Shown here one piece after another: positions 51,330 to 64,000 of a stretch of 64,000 bases of DNA. How positions within the stretch are numbered: the stretch's first letter is position 1; every line of letters starts with the position of its first letter. The position numbers were made by a program, and so were the translations under genes. The DNA comes from Carcharhinus amblyrhynchos (Eukaryota), in assembly GCA_965287045.1 (NCBI GenBank), contig OZ336890.1, forward strand, positions 25,296,001 through 25,360,000, read 5' to 3'. The notes beneath the pieces were generated by a model, which saw nothing but the letters and a program-made list of their open reading frames with translations, ran no database searches and was not told the origin of the DNA.

Positions 51330-51790
51330 AGACCATTACACACAACAGCACAATTAGACCATTCAGCCCATCAAGTCTGCTCCACCATTCAATCATGGCT
51401 GATATGCTTCTCAACCCCATTCTCTAGTCTTTTCCCTGTAACATTTGATCCCCTTCTCAATCAAGAACATATCTGTCTCTGTCTTAAATACACTCAATGA
51501 CTTGGCCTCCACAGCCTTCTATGACAATGAATTCCACAGATTCACCACATACTGGCTGAAGAAATTCCTGCTCATCTCAGTTCTAAAGGGTGGTCTTTTT
51601 ACTCTGAGGCTGTGCCCTCAGATCCTATTTTCTACTATGTCTTCTCCATGTCCACTCTGTTCAGGCCTTTCAATATTCTGTAAATTTCAATAAGATCCCA
51701 CCTCATCCTTCAAAACTCCATTGAGTATGGACCCAAATTCCTCAAACACTCCTCGTATATCAAGCCTTTCATTCCTGGGATCATTATTTG
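51330..51790 (-). mobile_element. CR1 LINE 3' fragment
   Basis: ccattcaatcatggctgat...gacttggcctccacagcc...gaattccacagattcacc...gaagaaattcctgctcatctcag. Confidence 0.85.
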
Positions 51791-51926
51791 ACAATGGTGT
51801 GAGGTTCGGTTGAAATTGCACACTTGCTAATTGATAAAATTTTATTTAGGCTTTTATTAAAATTTTGTTACATTGCAGTTGGTGTGTGTATGCCTGCATG
51901 TATATGTATGTGTGTCTGTCTCTGCA

Positions 51927-51931
<5 letters not shown>

Positions 51932-51973
<42 letters not shown>
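51932..51973 (+). repeat. (GT)21 microsatellite in a degenerate TG/TATG tract
   Basis: Pure GT run, read directly; (CA)n on the transcribed strand. Confidence 0.95.
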
Positions 51974-51974
<1 letters not shown>

Positions 51975-54900
51975 TGCATGCGTATGTGTATCACATACAG
52001 GATGACAGTGTAAGGATATTAAGATACTGTAACATGTATAAGCCCAATATAAATCTGATCTTCCTTGTTCTGCTAATAATAGCTCTTGACAATCATAGTA
52101 ATTGTGATAGATCAATAACAAAAACATTACATTCCCTGGAAAATAAGAATATTAATGAAATTGCCTTTGTCAATATAGAAGAGGAGCTCTTTAAAAAGCT
52201 TTCTTGCATTAAACAATTCTTAGCCTGTCATTGCTGTGTCAGACAGCTGTGAAATTCATAACAATTATAGGCAACAGATAACTCTCTGCAGAGGTGTCTA
52301 GCAGTGGAAGCACTCACAGCAGGTACTGATTCCCCTAGATTATTTGAGTTTAATTTATTTCCTTCACTTTTTAAATGTTCTATGTTATCAATTCTGGTAC
52401 TTTGCAGACAATTGCTTGAACGCACTCTGCAAATAAAATATCCTTATTGCACTGGTCCTGACTGCCTTTGGATAGGTTACATTCCCTCACTCTATTGAAA
52501 ATTTGAGTAACAAACTGCTCAAGGATTTGTGTGATTTTATTTTACCTCCACAATTGTTACACGTTTGGACCTGAGCAGGGCAATAACAGCTGAGAGAAAG
52601 TAAAACCATCCAAAGTTTCCCACCAAAATGAAGAAAATACAATGCGAGTGTTAGAAGGTAACCGATGATAACATTGGATCTGTTGTACTGTGACCAATGG
52701 TCAGAAGCTGTATGGGTCAGCTCACCCAATAAACTATGTAATCAATGACAAAATGATGTGATGATCAGCTGACCAGCTGACTCAGTACAAATAAGAACCT
52801 GCTGGGAATTGTTAGATGGCTTGGAATGGGTCAGGGTGAGGGCTCAAGTGTTGGAGTAATGATTTTTCTTTATTAGACATTTTTCTTTGATTTGTCAGTT
52901 GGAGAAAGTTTTGTTTCATTTTATTTCTCAAAACTGAAGAGTTCCTTCTGCTGGATCAACAGTGAGGTATAACATCTCTTGCAGTCACCATGGGTATGGA
53001 TTCTCAGTTTACCACTGTGTTTAAATGGTGGTAATAGTTTTCTGTTGGTCGACAAAAAACAGTAGCAGAGGGGGAAGTTAATGAAAATGCAGTTGAACTA
53101 TGTTCTAAATAATGATATGCTTGCACACCTGGAATTATAAGTCACACTTCTGGATGAGATGTATAGGATGCTTAAGATGCCAGATTGGGCAAAAAGGACA
53201 GCACAAACTATTCAACTCTTGTTTACTTTGAGAAGGAAAAAGACAAAAAGAAATGTTTGGTCATAGTAAGAACCATTAGGTAAAGACAATGAGTGAGATT
53301 CCCTGGCCTTCCAGCCATGTGTTTCCCATTGGAGGGAGGTGTGCATTGTTTGCGAGCAGTGGGATTCTCTGATTCTGCCATTGTCAAAGGGAGTTCCCAC
53401 TGACATCACCTGACACCTGTAGGAAACCTGCAGGCAGGGGTGTGCTATTGGCAGGACCAGAGAAACCTGCTGGCATGGATGGCCAGAGAATTCCGACCAA
53501 TATCTGAGACATAGCTATACTGTTACCCAAGATATTCACCATTAAACACATTGAATGGTATGAATTTTTTGTTATAACTCACTAAATTCATGAATGAAAG
53601 CTATGGCTTATCTGTTCAAGGGTAAGCAAAGTCTTAATATCACCAAGAAACATTGCTGGCACTGAAAATAAACTTTTACAAATATGTAGTCTCATTCCTT
53701 CAGATTTTAATTATTACTGCCAATTTTAAAAATGGGATTCTTTGCATTTCCTTTTTACCTTCCTTTCTTTCTTCTCCTCTATTTTGCTTTTTGTGCATGA
53801 GTTTGCATTGAATTAAATATTCTAACTTACACTTCTAGGTTTAGGCTGTGAGAGATTTAATGAGCATTCTTCAATTTGATAGGGTGAAGGGAATGTAATG
53901 ATTTCAATGAGGCCATTGAGGTGAGCCTCTTGGAAAGTGAACTCCAGATTGGGCAGGCAATAATAAACTCAATCAGGGAGACATTTCTGTATATATAACT
54001 GGGAGTTTCAGGGCTCCTGGCACTCCGGATGCTGACACATAACCTGTAGCACTCTATCAATTATAATAGAGCTTGTAAATAGAAGGGAATCTGGTGAAGG
54101 GACACTGGCCTGTGTTGACTTATTTCAAGATAATCTGTTTCTTGTTCTGTTTGCAGAAGTTCCAGATCTACTTTAGAGAGTGCCACATGAAAATGGGTCT
54201 CTAATTACCATGCAATGTCATTCAAAAGCTCAGTGAATTTCTCTAGGCAGCTATAGGCATATTAAATGGTGAGTGTTGCTCACTTGCCACAGATTTCAAA
54301 ATCTGGATCAACATGCATTAAAGACTTGACAGTTGCACTTGTCTGAAAGTATTGCAGGATCATGCAAGAAGTATGGATGGAAATTGTCTTAAGCTTTTAT
54401 TTTTGTCGGCGATGCTTAATAATTTAGTAATGGGAATACTCTAAACACCTCAGCAGCTTTATCATTGTAATCTGGTCTTTCTTGCAATGCACGAGCTAGT
54501 GACTGCAAATAAATGGCTGGCCCAGGAAAACTTGAACTCCTTGAGAGGTTGGATCCATGGGTTAAATGCGATAGTCATTCTGTAAAATTTGCAATAATTT
54601 AGAATTAGTGTGTTCAAATCAATATGGATCCCTGTTGCTCTAACTTGAGAAAGCTTAAGATCAATTCAATTTGTAATGAAGGAAGGTCAATTTAAGTGAA
54701 AAATGATCTTGGAGTGCATGCAACATAATGAAAAATGTAAATAAATAATATGGACTCTTCTGGAAACCCTGCAGTCAGTGTTGGACAATACTTGAAATTT
54801 CAGGTGCAAGTGTGAATTTCAAGGAGAATTATCTAAGGCATTTGAAACACGTAATTAGTAGCATTGACTTAGGTTTGCAAATGTATATTTCGATAGTTTG

Positions 54901-56074
54901 CATTTTAACCTTCTGGCAATTGTAGCTTCATTTTGCAGTTAATTCAAGTTAAATGGAAGAATGGGTAACTAGATGTGGAAAACCATTCCAGCAAGCACTG
55001 AGTGAAAATCAACTAACCGTCTAACCCGGCACAGCAGGACAACATACAACAGATGCTGCAATTGCACAACGCTGAACAAGCTCCGACATTTCACCACTTA
55101 CAAAACTTCGATAGTGCAGGCTGATCTAATTTTAACACTTCTAATTACTATTGTGGCAGTATCGTTAATCTCTGCCTATTTAGCTCTTTTTACACTTTAT
55201 TGGAAACTGCTTCAACCTCTTTCAAAGTGAAAGGGTTGCAATAAATAAAGGCTATATCATTATCCTAAGCAGGCTGGACAGAAGGATAGTGCTGGAGCCC
55301 GCGGTACAGACAACAGCAGGAAAAATATAAATACCAGAAAAACAATTACATGTCAAGGGCAACGTGGTCAAAATAAATAGCCAAAATTGACTTGAAAATG
55401 TGCATAATGAGAAGGGAAAGTGGGGAATTAGTAAAGTCAGGGTCAAAGTGCTGAAACATAAATCAAAGTCTGCCTATTAGGAGGTAAGTGAATACATTGA
55501 GGTGAAAGATTATCAGGGTCAATAGTGCTGTCTCAGTGTAGTAGTGCAGCTCTTTCAGTGCTATGAGCTGACATAATGATATAATACACCTGGAGTTCTT
55601 TTACGTGATATTACAATGCCAGGGTAGCTGAGGAACAAGGGACACATTCAAGCACTGGAATACTTCATGTGCATGATCTCTGGGATAAGAAAACCTTTAA
55701 CTGTGTTGAAATACAGAAGAAACGTGGGTTTTTCAGGCTGCAGAGATATCCCTTGCCTCAGGTGGGTCTTGAAATTTCATGGGTTTTATGGTGGTTCCAT
55801 TGGGACCTTGGTGCCCTCCAGTGCTGACTGCACTGAGGGTATCAAGGCAAGCATGCCATTTTGATATATATTATTATACATTTATTAACCTGTCTGCAAA
55901 CCAGAATGACATTGTCCACATTTCCTAGGGTTCCCAGTGAGAAGACCAACTACAAAATGATATATTTCCTGGTCATCAGTGGTTCAAGCTGCTTGCTTGA
56001 CTTAGGCCTGAATGGTGAGGTCTACTTTGCCCTCATAAAAGATGACTTATCTCAATGCCTTTGCTGTCCCAGCC

Positions 56075-56365
56075 TGTTTGAGGATGAGGGGTGAACATTT
56101 TAGGGCTGAGGTGAGGAGAAGTTTCTTCACCCAGAGAATGGTGAATATGGTGGAATTCACTACCTGAGAATATAGTTGAGGCCAAAACATTATGTGATTT
56201 CAAGAAGAAATCAGATATAGCTCTTGGGACTAAAGGGATCAAGGGATATGGAGGCAGGGCAGGATCAGGATATTGAATTTGATGATCAGCCATGATCACA
56301 ATGAATGGCAGAGCAGGCTTGAAAGTTGAATGGCCCATCCAGCTTCTATTTTCTATATTTCTATG
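56075..56365 (+). mobile_element. CR1 LINE 3' end
   Basis: gaggagaagtttcttcacccagagaatggtgaat...gatcagccatgatcacaatgaatggcagagcaggcttgaa...ttctatatttctatg. Confidence 0.85.
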
Positions 56366-57689
56366 GCTCTTCTAAAACATTACTGGACACTGAACAGTCA
56401 AAAAATTCAATGCAGGAACATCCCCACCCTGTTCTAGTCACATTCTGCCATGCAAGGAGTGAACTCCTTTCAAGGCAAGCAGGCAACTAAATAGCGGGAG
56501 TTTGGCACAAGCCCCAGTCTATTTTGTAATCGTATAAATGTGTGCAAGATAGTCGTAGCTGTAGAAAAGGTGAAACCAAAAACTGCAAGGCAATGACAGG
56601 GAAAACAGATACAAACTAGTGAAATGTAACGATAAGATGGAAAAAATTCTATGCGGAAGGTTCAACAAGTGAGATGGACTTGCAGATAGAGTAACAGAAA
56701 AATTCTGGAATAGCCTTCCTGATCCGTCATTAACCTGAAAAGTTTCTTTGTGCTGTTTCTTAAAGATCTGCTTTTAGAAATGGGAAGTAATGGATGCAAG
56801 GTGATGAAGCAAAATGGCTTCACTGCAGGTGAAGCTTCGGAGAACCTGTCAAGAAAAACGTCCTCTCTTTCAGCTGCTTGCAATTGCTCATGAAGAACAG
56901 CAAGTTAGCTGAACGGAAGCCACATGTGTGCCAATCCTTTGAGTAAGTAAGCAAAGAATGTTGCTGGTTTCTTAAGTTGACAAGGTAACTGACTCACATT
57001 TTGCTATTTATCTGATCATGCTTAAGAATTGCATTATTGTAGGCTTGGTATCTCATCACAGGGAGAGAATCTGATAAGTACAACTCATCTACATTGTAAA
57101 TGGCCAGCAATGTCCATGTTTGAGCAATTCCCAAAGTGTTTTCATTTTGAATGATTCTTTTTGAAGATTAATAATCAGACACATTCTTCCATCTAAATTG
57201 TAAATGTGGTGCTTAAAAATGAGGGTTCCGCATGGGTAGAGTGTTCTTTTCGAATGCTTCCCAGAAAGCAGGTAATTCATGCTACTCTCAGCATTCCTCC
57301 ATTCACTCTCTCCTGCTAGTTGGGTTGTCTAGCATCTGCTTCTGACTCATATCTTCACCAGGAATCCACAGATCACAATTTGAGAACTACTGTTGTAGCA
57401 GACACTCTATATTGCTGATCTGACAATACATTTGTCTTATATATAAAATGGCTGCAAGTCTGATTACTTGGGTGAGGTACATGTCTTATATTCCCTTAGC
57501 CAGGGAGGTTTTGCCTGATCCCTGCAACACTTGAGTTCAGACCAAGAAAGCTCTGGCGCTTTTGGGAGTATTTCTGGAGGAAGAAATTGGAGATTTTCCC
57601 CAAACTCATCTCAATAATATAAGCCTTCTTTCTTGGTTTAACCCTTTACTCCTAAGCTATACAAATGCAGTGAATGATCAACAAGAGAA

Positions 57690-58355
57690 TCTAGCTTAAA
57701 CCCCCATCATCAACATCCTGGGGTTTACCATCAACCAGAAAGTTAACTGAGCCAACTATATAAATACTGTGGCTACATGGGCAGGCCAGAGGCTCAGAAT
57801 TTTGTGGTAACTCACCACCAACCCTCCGCACTCGCCCACGTCCTACCACCACAGCCTTTACTCAAAACCTATACACCATTGACAAGGTACAAGTTAGGAG
57901 TGTGATGGCATTCTCTCTACTTGCCTGGGTTTGTGCAACTCCAACAATACTCAACGCCATCCAAGACAAAGCAGCCCGTTTGACTGGCACCCTATCCATC
58001 ACCTTAAACATTCACACCCTACAACACTGACATACAGTTGCAACAGTGTATACCATCTGCAAGATGCACCATAGCAAGCTTCCCTGTACATCATCTTCTG
58101 AACCAGCAACCTCTACCACCAAGAACAGCAGCAGCATGGGAATGCCATCACCTGAAAGTTCCTCAAAAAGCCACGTGCCACCCTAACTGAGAACTATATT
58201 GCTGTTCCTTCACTATCATGGGGTTAAAATCCTGGCATCTCTTCCCAATCAGCACTGACAACAATGCTTCAAGAAGTCACCTCTTAAGGACACTTATAAA
58301 TGGGCAACTAATGCTGGCCTTGCCAATGACACTTAGATTCCATGAACGAATAAAA
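57690..58355 (+). mobile_element. Non-LTR (CR1/L2 group) 3' region, decayed
   Basis: Forward copy of the 8060/35895 family (catccaagacaaagcagcccg...ccatctgcaagatgcac...atgctggccttgcca). Confidence 0.75.
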
Positions 58356-59186
58356 ACAAACATTTATGTAGAATAATGGATCTGGCATATATGCTCTGTT
58401 TAGAGGGGTGTGGCTACATTCTAAATATTATTCTTATCCTGCCCAGGAGTGCACAACAAAGAGGCGACAAAGTAAAGTCCATTCTCAACAAAGCATCTCA
58501 CAGAACCCACAAAGGTCACATCACATGATAACAGGCAGAATAGGATTCTTGAACTAGGCAGGGGGTTGCAGTTTTCGTAAACAGATTTTATATGTGCCAG
58601 AGAGATGCATTATGGGATTTTCACTTCCATCCCCTCCCACTGGAAGCAAACTACCCAGAGTGCACCATGACAATCCACATTCGAAGGCCATGATGTAGAA
58701 AGATCACCAACAATGAGCGATGCCATTGAAGATTAGACAGCAGCTAAAACTTTCCACCTGTGAGGACTACAAATCCTCGATGGGATGTGGGGCAGAAAAA
58801 AAATTGTCTTCCAAAATTTGAATGATTAAGAAGAATGGGTTTGGGGACAAAGGGAAAAGTAAGTGATGTGGTTACATCTTAATCAAACACACCAAATCCA
58901 CTCTGGGAGGTAGGACAAAATATATATTTTAGAATGTAAATTACTAACAAAAAGAGGGCAAATTCTACAAGCCGGCAGTCCCATTGGGGAGCTCCACATG
59001 AAGGGAACATGAATCAAACATAGAGTTGCAACACTGGATTTCTGATTCTCAGATTTCTGTGTTCAGCTTCCTGCTATGAAGCAATTGTTAAATTTATCTG
59101 AACGACTATTGGTGGAAAAATGGAAAATATACCATTTTTATGAAGCGATAGAACATTGGAATATAAGTTACACATCTGTAAGACTT

Positions 59187-60085
59187 GGGCCACAATTCTC
59201 TTAGCGCAGTGGGCCGGGGGAATCCCGCGGCAGCTGATTCACAGGGTTTGCATGAGTATTCGCGCTCCCCTTGCATCTCCCAAATCAGTGGGGAGATGCA
59301 CAGACTATTTAAATGATCATTTCAATATTATCTGAATGTGATTATTGGGCCCAGGACTGGTCTCTGGACCTGCTAGTGCCTCCCACCCTACCAGAGTATT
59401 TCACTCCAGTGGGTATTACACTAGCTCCAGTTTGAGAGAAAGTAGCTCAATTTCACGGGAATAAAGGGGGTACAGTCAGGCCCCCCCCCCCCCCCCCCAC
59501 CCACCCCCCAGGGGGCTGGATAGAAGGTGGGGAATGGTGCCCTCAAGCATTGGCACCCTGGCACTGCCCAAGGGGCAAAGTGCCAATGTCCAGGGGGCAC
59601 CCTGGCACTGCTAATCGGCTATAGGGTGGGACCTATTGGGGGTGACGGGGCGATGGGAAGCGGGCCTAATGAATGATTGGTGGGGGTGAGGGGATCCCAC
59701 TGCCACTCTGCAGTCAGGACTGGTGGGGGAAGGAGAGATGCCAGTAATTGGGGTGGGCTGGGGGGGTTCAGCCGGAGGGAGGATGGGGGCCCGAGAATGA
59801 TTGAGCTGGCCAGCAATCGGAAGGCCATCAGTGTGGGTCCAGAGTGCATGTGCTGATTTCAGCACTGATAGGCACATGCCCTGTGGCCCGCTTAGCGTGC
59901 TGATTACAACCTCTCCAGCGGGAATAGGCTCCACCTGAAATACAATGATATTCACATTGGTGACCACTGCAATGCACAGAGTGTGGGAGATTCTTCTCTG
60001 AACTCCCACTGAAGAAAAACAGCATGAATTACTCCAGTTTTCACGCAAATTCGACACTTCGAATTTTTTTGGGAGAATTCCACCC
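59187..60085. mobile_element. ~900-bp non-autonomous TIR DNA element (Harbinger-like)
   Basis: Termini gggccacaattctc and gggagaattccaccc. Shares its right end with 12250-12538. Confidence 0.6.
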
Positions 60086-63000
60086 TTGTATTTTCAGTAC
60101 CGATAACGTAGATAACACTTTTGCCTCATGGCGATAATACTTGAGTATTGCTTTGGTAGATTACTATAATGCAGTGATGGGCAAATTGTTTTTGCATTTA
60201 GGCTGCTGTTGTAAGCATCAGGCACGGCACTCCAGATCTTGGCCAACCTGTGAATAATGCCTGGGGAGATCTACAAGTATTTATTGATTTCCTTAAATTG
60301 ATTTAATAAGAGTAGTCAGTTGCAGTGGAGTATTATCCATCCTATGGGACCACAGAGGTGGGTAAAGAATATAGTCACCAAAGGTAAGAGAATGGATAAT
60401 AATGTATGTATTCAACTCAGTGAAAACAATGCCTCGCCACTATAAATAATCATTTCAATACAAGGTTAGTTAAAGTGAACAATGCTATGTTCAATGACAG
60501 AGTGAGCTTTTGCTCTGTTTCTCCACTGATCTGTGGAGGCTCTGTTCTTTCCAGCCCAGTGGCATTCTCAGAAACACATGGCAGAACATCTGGCAGTTTC
60601 GACAAACACAAGAGCCCATATTATCTGTAGATTATCAGTTTAATTAAACAATTCGGGAATTATCTTTTGCAAAACAAGTGGAGCAGCACATAAGGTCTGC
60701 GTATTGGGTGTGCCATTGGAGACCCTGGGAAATGATGATCATCACTCAAAAACAGTCCAGTGGGAGGGACTGTCAGACCCCCCAAATAGAGCATGAGATT
60801 CTTTCAAACATGGCCCAAATAAGTGACTATCTTAAGCCATCAGTGATCATTCCTCAATTATGACTTGAGTGAGTACATTACATTTCGGAGGACAAGCCAC
60901 GAGAGACCTGTGTATGGATGGGATTGCTTAGATGTATCAACACGCAATAGTTGTGGTTCAAATATATGGTTGTCGATATGCATATTTTGTATTGGCAGCA
61001 GGAGAGGCAATTCTTCTGTCAGCACTTCCTTCATAGAATTTACAGTATAGAAGCAAGCCATTTGACTAAATAAGCCAATGCCGCAGTTTATGTTTCAGAT
61101 AAGCCTCCTCCCACATTAATTAATCTCACCCAATCAAAAAACCTTTCTTTCTTCCTCATGCGTCAATCTAGCTTCCCCTTAAATAATCTTCACTAATTGC
61201 TTCAACAACTCCTTGTGGTAGCAGATTCCACATCACTTATGTTGGGATTTATCCCATATTTTAGAACTTACTTCGGTGTGACTGCTTACAACCAGAACTA
61301 TCCTGTTTTTCCACCCAAAATCCAGATGTTTTGAACAGATGGATTATGATCGCAATGAATGATTCACATCTCAAAATCTGGGTGGGGGAGAAATTGATTC
61401 TTGGGAGTAGGCGTATTCTAGGCATGATCTCTGGCTCCAATTTCTTCTCCCACTCACAAAAACACCTGGGGACTGAAACAGGCATTATTTGGGCTTTTGA
61501 ATATACTCACCAGGAACCTAAAGGCTCTTTTAGGACAAGGTGTCAACATCTGCAAAAACTTTAAGGGGCCTACACCAAGGTCATGAGGTTCCAGCAGAGA
61601 ACTGATATTTTTTATTGCTTCTGTTTCTTCATTTAAACCGGAGGCAGATGGAGCAGAAGTGCAGCTTTCTGGTATTTTGTAGATGAACCTTTGGCCTCTG
61701 CATTCAGCCACACCTTGCATGCAACTGCCTACTTTGCACCCGTTCTCAATGGAATTCCTATTTCGCAGGCCTCTTTCTTTCTGCCAAGATTACCATTGTG
61801 GAAATCCTGAGTCACTTGCTAAAGAAATAGCCATGTTGGAAGCACCAAAAAATATCCAACACATTGGAAGGTTAAATATCAGCGAGTGTGTAAACATGGT
61901 TAAATAAATGTTGCTCTTTTTTACATTTAATATGCCCTACAGAGAGTTACCTCTTATTCCTGCTGAATTTAATTTGCATGTTAATGAGAATGTGTAGCCT
62001 GGAATTGACACAATAATTGTGTGCCTGTTGGTGAGCTGGTCATCCATATACTGGATTCAGGATTTGTTCTTTGGAATGTCAGACACACATTTGTCTTTGT
62101 ACCGTGGAGACAAGAAGTTGAACCATGGAGAAAAAAAAACAAGCAGTGAGGCATTGGTGTGTGCGTGGCAGGTCCCAACGTATTTTTTAACGACAGGAGT
62201 TGAAATCGACAGAACTCTGACATTGGTAATTTCAAAGAGAAGTTTATTCAATGATCTTTGTGATTCTATATGAACAAGGTGTTGCCTTGAGTTGAACAGA
62301 TGCTTGTGCTTGTTTGAGCCATTCAGTGCACCACATTTCTGATTGGAGACTCCATTCCAAAGTCTCTGACAGCACTATTCTTGAAACAGCCACTAAAGGC
62401 AAACAAGGATAACTCACCACCTGCTCGTCTCTTTATGAAGGGGTTAATTTGGCTTCAGCTTAATATCGGGACTTGGTGGCATGAAGGAAATCATGAACTT
62501 GCCATGCGGAGAAATGATTATGTGCCTTCCTTGCACTACCTTCTCTTCAAGTTAAGACAGATAAGTGCCACAATGTTAAAAGATATTCATCTAAATTTTC
62601 ACCGGTCATCAGAAACAAGTTCCTGACTTACATCCCTGATGTTGTTTATTAAGATAAAATTCAAAGCTAGACAATCCTTTAGCATTGGGATCTAATTGTA
62701 TGTCAATAGCTGAAGGTTTTGCTTTGCACTAATTATCACGGCACCTGTGGCTAAGCCATTTACTCTCTAACAGAGTCAGTACATAAGACTATTTTCCAAA
62801 TGCGTCTGTGGAAAATGACAGCAACCTTAAGTGTGGCCAAGGCAATTACAGACTTGGACTGGGGAGAAGACTTTAAAGTTAGACAGTTCAGAGTAATTCC
62901 AAGTGGTTGGTAAACCGAGATAAGATAAATGCCTTTAGCTTGTCTCCTTAGCATAACTGAGTCCTGCACCTACAGCATTCTTTTTAGTGAAGAGGATTAA

Positions 63001-63849
63001 TTTTCAACTTCCATCTATGCATTTTTTCTTTTGGTCATCCTACCAGTTTCTCTTTATTTTCCCCTCATGGCCCTGATGGGGTACAGTTCCATAAATGACA
63101 CTCATCTGTTAGCACCTCATCCATGGCTATATTTTGAGTGAGCATTGGCTGTAACTGTTTCAATATTATGGCTCAGCAATAATCTGGGAGAGGGAGCAGA
63201 AAGATTGAGGTAGATTGTCCTGCTCCTTAAGTAGAGACAGTGCTGGCCTTGTCAATCACCACACAAAATGTGGGTGGGCGTTGGCACGCTGATTGAAGAG
63301 GTGGATCCATGAGGATGTAAATGTGACTGGAAGATTCACCACATTTGGTCAGAAGGAAGAATCTCAAACTCTTTCCTCATCACGGCAATCGTTTTGGGGT
63401 TTAGAAATTATCATTGGAAAAGGAAAAAGTACGCAAGCAATTGGGAACTGAGAATAGCTTTGGACTGGTTCACGGTGAATTAATTCTGCACTTAAGGAAG
63501 AGCATAAAATATAACTATTGTGGGAGAGTTTTGGTCGTTTTAGTAGTTAAATGGGGAAATTTTTCTGTAGTTTAAAGTATAAGTTACCTGAATAGTGATT
63601 AATTGATTAAATTTTTAGTTTGTTTCATTGAAGTCTTAAAACTTGAAATCTGGTCATGTGATCTTTTGAGTAGAACACTGGAAATTCAGATTTTTTAAAA
63701 AAGTTGTCAATCTCTACAGGGATTATAACACTGGTGAATAGATCGAGGGCTCTATATTGTCTTGGATGCCTAGGAACCTCATTTTCTTCTAATTGTGAGC
63801 TTTTACATACAGCTGAATCACCAGAACAGGGCTGTAACTGGTATTGCAG

Positions 63850-63982
63850 TTGAAGGAAGCCACCTTTGACAAAGCAGCACTCCCACGGTATTATATTGTA
63901 GGGAGTGTCAGCCTAGGTTACATGTTCAAATTGTGATTCAAGCGCACAATATTCTTAGTGAAAAGAATGCTACCCACTGATT
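63850..63982 (-). mobile_element. DeuSINE/AmnSINE-like 5' fragment
   Basis: Reverse complement tcagtgggtagca...ctaggctgacactccc...gggagtgctgctttgtcaaaggtgg resembles the Deu core. Confidence 0.55.
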
Positions 63983-64000
63983 TGTTTTTTTAATCATCAT

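Noticed and set aside
51895-51980. Three TGCATG hexamers around the (GT)n microsatellite as an RBFOX site cluster
   Set aside because: They are on the plus strand while the gene is transcribed from the minus strand, and they arise easily from decay of TG/TATG repeats.
48800-64000. The upstream RBFOX3 exon (PQNGIP-type N-terminal segment)
   Set aside because: No matching minus-strand peptide appears in the ORF track or by eye; the intron probably extends past the window.

Overview
Eukaryotic, repeat-rich vertebrate DNA. The repeat families (V-SINE/HE1-type, SacSINE/DeuSINE-type, CR1, Rex1/Babar, Penelope) point to a cartilaginous fish, probably a shark; this is inference. The whole window appears to lie inside one minus-strand gene, the neuronal splicing regulator RBFOX3 (NeuN). 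Three coding exons for most of the RRM are visible at 48703-48563, 10892-10839 and 3703-3611, separated by introns of 37,670 and 7,135 bp. The neighbouring exons were not found in the window. Almost all ORFs in the track are chance frames or decayed transposon pieces. The main points of interest are: (1) a strong acceptor and consensus donor enclosing only 4 nt (6557-6554), with downstream UGCAUG motifs, a candidate frameshifting poison microexon for RBFOX autoregulation; (2) two further cryptic micro/mini-exon candidates; (3) UGCAUG motifs on the 3' splice site of the 93-nt RNP1 exon; (4) a Penelope-type minimal hammerhead ribozyme motif on the pre-mRNA strand; (5) a ~430-bp local inverted duplication; (6) an 84-bp double-tailed CR1 fold-back insertion. 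No prokaryotic features, CRISPR arrays, rRNA or true tRNA genes were seen.
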